DNA of 64,000 bases from Clostridia bacterium (GTDB lineage: Bacteria > Bacillota > Sulfobacillia > SLMV01), in NCBI GenBank assembly GCA_003551365.1, contig PUMM01000024.1, positions 10,556 through 74,555 on the forward strand, written 5' to 3'. The notes under the pieces are model-generated. The model had not been told where the DNA came from. It made no database searches and saw nothing but the letters and a program-made list of their open reading frames with translations. This document shows, one piece after another, positions 58,136 to 64,000 of the stretch. Each line of letters begins with the position of its first letter. Positions within the stretch are counted from its first letter, which is position 1. Position numbers and translations under genes: made by a program.

Positions 58136-61100
58136 ATGACGAACCACAGGAGATATCTGGTGGCCGCCGTGCTGGCAGTTGCATTCATGCTCTCCTTCTT
58201 CACCTTTCCGACTTTTGTCAGCGGCGGGCTGGGTGTATTTTTCATCGTGTATCTGGCCTGGATCGAGGGCCTGCGCGGCGGTATCGCCGGGACGGCTCTG
58301 GGTTCACTCATCATGATAACCAGCTACCTGCTTTCTGCACCGCACACCTTCAGCCGCACCGGCCTGCTGGAGGGGCTTTTTATATACGCTGTGCTCGGTC
58401 CCGGCCTGGGCAAGCTGGTATCGGACCGCAGGTGGGCGCAGGGGCACATGAGCAGAGCGCGGCAGCATCAGGAAATCCTCCTGCACAACATCGACACGCA
58501 CGTGTGGTACCTGCGCGATCCCTGCACCTACGGCGAGGTGAACCGTTCGCATGCCCGTTTCTGGGGTAAGGAACCGGACGAACTGCGGGGTCGCCCCCTC
58601 TCCGACGTGAGAGCCCCGGATGAACTGGAGGCCTGCGTGAGCGGCAATCGCGAAGTCTTCTCCGCGAGGCGTCCCGTGCAGGCCGAGGAATGGATCAGGG
58701 ATGCGGGCGGCGAGGCGCACCTGATGGCGGTGACCAAACACCCCTATATAAACCGGGATGGCGAGGTGGAATATGTCATCTGTTCGGCCAATGACATAAC
58801 CGAGCACTGGAGGGCCCTGCAGGCGCAGCGGGAGAGCGAGCGGCGCTTCCGGGGGTTTGTGGAAAATGCCAATGACATAGTCTTCACCTGTGATGAGCGA
58901 GCTGTGTTTCGCTATGTGTCGCCCAACTGGCAGGATATCCTGGGTCATGATCCGGATGAGGTGCGGGGGAAGCATCCCGGTGACTTCGTGCATCCGGATG
59001 ATGCAGAGAGGCTCTTCAGCGAGTTCCGCGAGTTTCTGCGCGAGGGTCCCTCGAACCAGGAGATTCAGTACCGGGTGCAGCGCAGTGATGGGCAGTGGCG
59101 CTGGCACGCGACCAAACTGGGGATTCTGGAGGACAATGGACGGGGAGTGACGATTCTGGGCATCGCCCGGGACATCACGGACCGCAAGCACGCTGAACAG
59201 AGACTGCGGAAGAGCGAGGCGCAGTACCGGCAGTTGACCGAGACACTGCAGGAGGGCATCTGGGCTTTGGACGCAGAGGGCTACACCACCTTCACCAATG
59301 AGTCCATGGCGAAAATGCTGGGCTACACCCCGGAGGAGATGCAGGGCACGCACCTGTTTGCGCACCTCGATGCCGAGGACGTGGAGAGTGCGCGCCGCAA
59401 TCTCAGCCGCCGGGCCGCCGGGATTCAGGAGCAGCACGAGCAACGATTTCTGCGCAGCGACGGCACCTATCTGCACGCCAGCCTGACCACCACTCCCATA
59501 CTGGACGATGAGGAAAACTACACCGGTGCCCTGGCCGGTGTTCAGGACATCACCGAGCGCAAGCGGGCCGAAGAGAGGCTGCAGGAGAGCGAGCGCAAAT
59601 TCCGCCGTTACATCGAACATGCGCCCCACGGAATATTCGTGGCCGACGGGCAGGGTTATTACCGCGAGGTAAATCCGTCTGCCTGTGACATGAGTGGCTA
59701 CTCAGAGGACGAACTGGTGGGCAGGCACCTTACCGAACTGGTGGCAGAGGGTAGCCGGGAAGACGCGGAAGCGCATTTCGATAGGGTTGTGCGGGAGGGC
59801 AAATCGCGGGGCGAGCTGCACATGACCACGAAGGACGGGCGCATCCGGGTATGGAGTATCAGTGCAGCCAAAATATCGGAGGACTCTTACCTTGGTCTGC
59901 ACCAGGATATAACGGACCGCAAGCGGGCCGAAGAGAGGCTGCAGGTGCAGCTCCGTTTTGAGCGGATGGTGGCCCGCATATCGTCCCACCTGGCCAGCCT
60001 CAGCCTGGACCACATCGATGAGGGGATAGACTATGCCCTGCGGGAGACGGGCCGGTTCTTCTCCGTCGACCGCGCCTACATATTCCAGTTCTCCGGGGAT
60101 GGACAGCATTTCAGCAACACCCACGAATGGTGCTCCGATGGTGTGGACGCGGTCATGCACCACATCCAGGACCAGCCAGTGCACAGCCTTCCCTGGTTCA
60201 TGGAGCGCATACGCAGCGATGATCACGTGCTGGTGCCCGATGTGCGGCAGCTTCCCCCGGAGGCGCACGCCGAGAGGGCAGAATGGGGTTCGCAGGGCAT
60301 TGAGTCTCTGCTGTGCGTGCCCATGACTGAGGATGATCAACTGCTGGGCTTTCTTGGTTTCGATGCTGTCAGGCGACGACGGACCGTTGCCGGCCACCAG
60401 ATAGCGCTGCTGCAGGTGGTGGCTGAGATGATCTCTGCCGCCATTTCCCGGCGGCGGGCCGATGAGGAGATTCGCTACCTCAGCTTTCACGATGGACTCA
60501 CCGGCCTGTACAACCGGCACTACCTGGATGAGGAGCTGCGCCGCCTGGAGGCGGGTCGCCAGCTGCCGGTGGGTGTGATCATGGCCGATCTGAACGGCCT
60601 GAAACTGGTCAACGATGCCTACGGACACGATGTGGGCGATGAGATGCTGAAATCGGCCGCCGCCCTGCTGCACAGCGCCATCCGTAGCGAGGACATCGTG
60701 GGCCGCTGGGGCGGTGACGAGTTCGTCATGATTCTGCCGCAGACCGGACACGATGCCCTGGAGGACATCTGCCGCCGGATTGAGGCCGCCACCGCGGGGA
60801 TCTCGGTGCGCGACGTGCCCATCTCTCTCGCCCTGGGGTGGGCGGTGAAGGAGGAGTCGGACGAGAATCTACTGCAGGTTCTCAATGAGGCGGAGGATGA
60901 CATGTACAGGAACAAACTGGCGGAGAGCAGGAGCCAGAAGAGTGCGGTCATGGATGGTCTTTTGCGGGCTCTGCGGGAAAAGAGCACAGAATCGGAGGAG
61001 CACTCCCGACGAATGCGCCAGGCAGCCCGGCAGATCGGTGCGGGGATGGGGCTGGGTCATCCGGAGCTGCGGCGCCTGGAACTCGTCGTCTGGCTGCACG

Positions 61101-61501
61101 ATATAGGCAAGATCACCATCGCCGAGGATATCCTGCGCAGAGAGGGTTCGGTGTCCGGGGAGGAGGAAGAGGTCCTGCGCAAACACCCGGAGACGGGCTA
61201 CCGCATTGCCCGTTCCACTGAAGAGTTTTCCCACATTGCCGAGGAGATCCTGTCCCATCATGAATGCTGGGACGGAAGCGGCTATCCGCGCGGACTGCAG
61301 GGAGAGGATATTCCCCTCCTCGCCCGCATAATTCACGTGGCGGGTGCCTATGAAAACATGATCAGCGCAAGGGGGAAGGAGCCGCTGTCGCACCGGGAGG
61401 CCATGGCCGAACTGCGCCGCGGAGCGGGGTCGAGATATGATCCCGATGTAGTGCAGGCGGCGGAGACCCACCTGCAGCCGGCGGCCAGCTGCCGGCACTG
61501 A
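58136..61501 (+). CDS. Paralogous membrane-anchored PAS/GAF sensor with GGDEF and a divergent HD-GYP domain
   Basis: Multi-TM N-terminus, 4-5 PAS modules, a GAF-like module, RSED I-site plus GGDEF, LHDIGK, HHECWDGSGYPRGL, VAGAYENM. Confidence 0.95.
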   Translation: MTNHRRYLVAAVLAVAFMLSFFTFPTFVSGGLGVFFIVYLAWIEGLRGGIAGTALGSLIMITSYLLSAPHTFSRTGLLEGLFIYAVLGPGLGKLVSDRRWAQGHMSRARQHQEILLHNIDTHVWYLRDPCTYGEVNRSHARFWGKEPDELRGRPLSDVRAPDELEACVSGNREVFSARRPVQAEEWIRDAGGEAHLMAVTKHPYINRDGEVEYVICSANDITEHWRALQAQRESERRFRGFVENANDIVFTCDERAVFRYVSPNWQDILGHDPDEVRGKHPGDFVHPDDAERLFSEFREFLREGPSNQEIQYRVQRSDGQWRWHATKLGILEDNGRGVTILGIARDITDRKHAEQRLRKSEAQYRQLTETLQEGIWALDAEGYTTFTNESMAKMLGYTPEEMQGTHLFAHLDAEDVESARRNLSRRAAGIQEQHEQRFLRSDGTYLHASLTTTPILDDEENYTGALAGVQDITERKRAEERLQESERKFRRYIEHAPHGIFVADGQGYYREVNPSACDMSGYSEDELVGRHLTELVAEGSREDAEAHFDRVVREGKSRGELHMTTKDGRIRVWSISAAKISEDSYLGLHQDITDRKRAEERLQVQLRFERMVARISSHLASLSLDHIDEGIDYALRETGRFFSVDRAYIFQFSGDGQHFSNTHEWCSDGVDAVMHHIQDQPVHSLPWFMERIRSDDHVLVPDVRQLPPEAHAERAEWGSQGIESLLCVPMTEDDQLLGFLGFDAVRRRRTVAGHQIALLQVVAEMISAAISRRRADEEIRYLSFHDGLTGLYNRHYLDEELRRLEAGRQLPVGVIMADLNGLKLVNDAYGHDVGDEMLKSAAALLHSAIRSEDIVGRWGGDEFVMILPQTGHDALEDICRRIEAATAGISVRDVPISLALGWAVKEESDENLLQVLNEAEDDMYRNKLAESRSQKSAVMDGLLRALREKSTESEEHSRRMRQAARQIGAGMGLGHPELRRLELVVWLHDIGKITIAEDILRREGSVSGEEEEVLRKHPETGYRIARSTEEFSHIAEEILSHHECWDGSGYPRGLQGEDIPLLARIIHVAGAYENMISARGKEPLSHREAMAELRRGAGSRYDPDVVQAAETHLQPAASCRH
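59558..59945 (+). repeat. Exact 28-nt direct repeat, two copies 360 nt apart, inside the second sensor gene
   Basis: CGCAAGCGGGCCGAAGAGAGGCTGCAGG at 59558-59585 and 59918-59945. Both encode the RKRAEERLQ inter-PAS linker. Confidence 0.9.
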
Positions 61502-61534
61502 GGTCGCCGGGAGGACTCAGCCTGCGGCGAATTC

Positions 61535-61563
61535 TTGTCGATCGGCACTCGCAGTGGTATAAT
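61535..61563 (+). promoter_or_regulatory. Sigma-A-type promoter for the tyrS leader
   Basis: TTGTCG (61535-61540), 17-nt spacer, extended -10 TGgTATAAT (TATAAT 61558-61563). Confidence 0.6.
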
Positions 61564-61569
61564 TCCCGG

Positions 61570-61820
61570 CAGATGAACAGAGCAGGCTGTGAAGGGGAGA
61601 TCCCCGGATTGAGGTGCCGCAGAGAGGTCGTGGCCGCTGAGAACGACTCATCTCGCCGCGGGAGTACCCCCCGGAGCCCCTGTCCGAACCCCTCCGGGGC
61701 AGTAGGCGCAGGCGGTCCCACCGTTACCGGGAGTGGACCATGTGAGGAGATCCCCCTGCGGGGATAATCGGGGTGGTACCGCGGAGATGATCCGTCCCTG
61801 AAGGGCGGATTTTCTATTTC
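61570..61820 (+). promoter_or_regulatory. T-box leader (tRNA-Tyr-sensing riboswitch) with terminator
   Basis: T-box motif GGGTGGTACCGCGG (61770-61784). Terminator TCCGTCCC-TGAA-GGGCGGA plus TTTTCTATTTC (61791-61820). AGAGA-type elements in stem I. The only UAC outside the T-box motif is at 61665-61667. Confidence 0.8.
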
Positions 61821-61849
61821 TTGCCCGGATAGAGAGAGGAGAGAGGACA

Positions 61850-63085
61850 GTGAATCTGCACGCAGACATGTCCATTCAGAAACAGGTGGAAGTTCTCACA
61901 GAGAATACTGCGGAGGTGATCAATGCCGAGGAGCTGGAGAGCAAGCTGCGCAGGTCGCGCGAGGAGAACCGTTCACTCAAGGTCAAGCTGGGCCTGGATC
62001 CCTCCGCGCCGGATATCCACCTGGGTCACACAGTGGTGCTGCGCAAGATGCGCCAGTTCCAGGATCTGGGCCATGAGGTCATATGCCTCATCGGCGACTT
62101 CACCGGCCGGGTGGGAGATCCCTCCGGCGCCTCCGCTACCCGGCGCCAGCTGACCGAGGACGAGGTGCGGGAAAATGCCCAGACCTACGCAGAGCAGGTG
62201 TTTCAGATCCTGGATCCACAGAGAACCACCATGCAGTTCAACTCCAGCTGGCTGGCTCCGATGACCTTCTCCGATCTCATCGAGCTGGCCTCCAACATCA
62301 CCGTGGCCCGCATGATAGAGCGCAGCGACTTCGCCGAAAGACTGCGCAGCGACCGGGCGGTGTACGTGCATGAGTTCTTCTACCCCCTGATGCAGGGATA
62401 CGATTCCGTCGCCCTCGAGGCAGATGTAGAGCTCGGCGGCACGGACCAGCGCTTTAACCTCATGGTGGCGCGGGACATCCAGCGCGCCTACGGGGTGGAG
62501 CCCGAAGTGGCGATGCTCATGCCCGTTCTGGAAGGTACCGATGGAGTGCGGAAGATGAGCAAGAGCCTCGACAACTACATTGGAGTGACCGAGGACGCCG
62601 ATTCCATGTTCGGCAAGGTCATGTCCATCTCCGATGACATGATCATCCGCTATTTCCGTCACCTCACCGACGTGCCGGCAGATGAAGTGGCGGAGATGGA
62701 GGAACAGATGCGGCGGGAAGAGGTTAACCCGCGCGATCTGAAGGTGAGGCTGGCCCGCACCCTGGTGACCTTCTACCACGACGGGGAGGCCGCCGCCCGG
62801 GCGGAGGACGGCTTCGCGCAGGTTTTTGCGCGCGGCGGACAGCCCGGCCACATGGATGAGGTCGATGTGAGCCGGATGCTGGACGAAGGGGGACAGGTGT
62901 GGGTCGTGCATCTGGTGACCGGCTGCGATTTTGCGACCAGCAACAGTGAGGCCCGTCGCCTGGTGCAGCAGGGCGCTGTCTCTCTGGATGGGGAGAAGAT
63001 CACCGATCCCACCGAGCAGCTCATGCCGAAGGACGGCGCGGTACTGCGCGTCGGAAAACGCCGCTTCGCCCGCCTGCGGAGGTGA
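61850..63085 (+). CDS. tyrS: Tyrosine--tRNA ligase
   Basis: HIGH-type motif DIHLGH, KMSKS present, C-terminal S4-like domain. GTG 61850 follows GGAGAGAGG; ATG 61868 is an alternative. Confidence 0.96.
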   Translation: MNLHADMSIQKQVEVLTENTAEVINAEELESKLRRSREENRSLKVKLGLDPSAPDIHLGHTVVLRKMRQFQDLGHEVICLIGDFTGRVGDPSGASATRRQLTEDEVRENAQTYAEQVFQILDPQRTTMQFNSSWLAPMTFSDLIELASNITVARMIERSDFAERLRSDRAVYVHEFFYPLMQGYDSVALEADVELGGTDQRFNLMVARDIQRAYGVEPEVAMLMPVLEGTDGVRKMSKSLDNYIGVTEDADSMFGKVMSISDDMIIRYFRHLTDVPADEVAEMEEQMRREEVNPRDLKVRLARTLVTFYHDGEAAARAEDGFAQVFARGGQPGHMDEVDVSRMLDEGGQVWVVHLVTGCDFATSNSEARRLVQQGAVSLDGEKITDPTEQLMPKDGAVLRVGKRRFARLRR

Positions 63086-63147
63086 CCACCGGCGGCCCGA
63101 CTGCATAGGATACCCCGCGGGAATTTTGCGTAAGAGGGGGGATCCAT

Positions 63148-63813
63148 GTGGTTTCTCTCGGCCGCCGGAGAAGGATGCATCGGCGCATCCTCGTCGTCGC
63201 CGTCCTGGCCGTGCTGTTGACAGTCGCAGCCGGTGTCGTGCATATCGCCGACCGCAGGCTGCGGCCGGCACTGTTCGTGATCGCCCGCAATCGGGTGCAG
63301 GGAGAGGCGTTCACCATGCTCACCGCGGTCATCGAGGCCGAGGCAGCGGAGCCGTTTCATTACTCGGATCTGATCGAGGTGGAGACGACGTCGGATGGAT
63401 ATGTCTCGTACATGATGCCGAACACCATGCGTATAGCGCGCCTGATGTCCCGCATTGGTGGCGGGGCGCAGGAGGGGATCAATCAGCTGGCGGAGGCGGA
63501 TCTGAGCATACCGCTGGGGCAGCTGTCCGGATTGGCCACCCTGTCCCATCTCGGACCGCGGGTGCCGGTCCGCGTGCTCCCGGTGGGGACGGCCGACGTG
63601 TCGGTGGATGAGGAGTTCATCGGGGTGGGCGTCAACCATGTGAAACACACCATATTCTTCGCGGTGGACTGCGACCTGCGCATAGCGGTTCCCCTGATCG
63701 ATGAACGCCTGGAAGTTTCCGTGCGCATGCCGGTGGCCGAGGCGGTGATAGTCGGCCCGGTGCCGGAGATGTATCTGAATATGCAGCTTCCCTCCCTGGG
63801 AGGGGGCCGGTGA
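63148..63813 (+). CDS. yunB: Sporulation protein YunB
   Basis: N-terminal TM, then RPALFVIARNRVQGEA..., GQLSGLATLSHLGPRVPV..., VNHVKHTIFF..., VIVGPVPEMY, consistent with the YunB family. Confidence 0.78.
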   Translation: MVSLGRRRRMHRRILVVAVLAVLLTVAAGVVHIADRRLRPALFVIARNRVQGEAFTMLTAVIEAEAAEPFHYSDLIEVETTSDGYVSYMMPNTMRIARLMSRIGGGAQEGINQLAEADLSIPLGQLSGLATLSHLGPRVPVRVLPVGTADVSVDEEFIGVGVNHVKHTIFFAVDCDLRIAVPLIDERLEVSVRMPVAEAVIVGPVPEMYLNMQLPSLGGGR

Positions 63814-63887
63814 ATCCGCATTTCGCCCCGGGGAGGAAATGGGGTACGCTGAAGTGGAGTCAAAGGTGGGAAATTGGGGGTGCAAGT

Positions 63888-64000
63888 GTGGTGCCAGAGA
63901 CATCTTTTGACGGGACCGATCGACAGAAACTGCTGGAGCGCTGGACCGAACGCACGGTGCGGTGGATTCGCGAGCGGGTGGAGGAGGCCAACTGCTCGGG
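63888..64000 (+). CDS. 5' end of an unidentified CDS running off the window
   Basis: Open frame from GTG 63888/63891 to the window end (VPETSFDGTDRQKLLERWTERTVRWIRERVEEANCS). Too short to assign. Confidence 0.3.
   Translation, partial: MVPETSFDGTDRQKLLERWTERTVRWIRERVEEANCS

Overview
This is a GC-rich chromosomal segment that looks like it comes from a spore-forming, flagellated Firmicute (Bacillota). Almost every gene is on the + strand. Gene order resembles two Bacillus/Clostridium core neighbourhoods joined together. (1) tal-rho-rpmE-prfA-prmC-ywlC/ywlE-rpiB-ywlG-tagO-mnaA-atpFHAGDC-spoIID-(spoIIQ-like)-spoIIID-rod genes-fabZ, followed by nagA, a GNAT gene and metK. (2) comFC-flgM-flgN-flgK-flgL-[MacAB-like efflux operon on the minus strand]-flagellin-flaG-fliD-fliS-hpf. 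After that come two uncharacterised genes, two micro-ORFs, an HD-GYP/DUF5317-like/CPBP cluster, comEB, CotF-like coat proteins and three phosphatase-type genes (one frameshifted). Then there is a ~900-bp ORF-poor gap, an MCP, two giant tandem PAS-GGDEF-HD-GYP proteins, a T-box-controlled tyrS, and yunB. I found no rRNA, tRNA, CRISPR array, transposase or integrase. The strongest theme is c-di-GMP control of motility. A sequence matching the GEMM-I (c-di-GMP-I) riboswitch core sits in the leader of the flagellar rod genes. Three HD-GYP domains and two GGDEF domains are encoded nearby, and sigma-D-type promoters precede flgM, flagellin and the MCP. Other points worth a second look are an atp operon lacking the a and c subunit genes, a YrdC-YwlE fusion, and a TPPII-like giant S8 peptidase. 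Further ones are a motif shared by flagellin and FliD in a compositionally atypical flagellin core, a homopolymer frameshift, and several SD-led micro-ORFs. Many proteins look unusually acidic by eye; I did not quantify this. The many long antisense ORFs in the track are high-GC artefacts. All calls rest on motif recognition and hand inspection; no searches were run.
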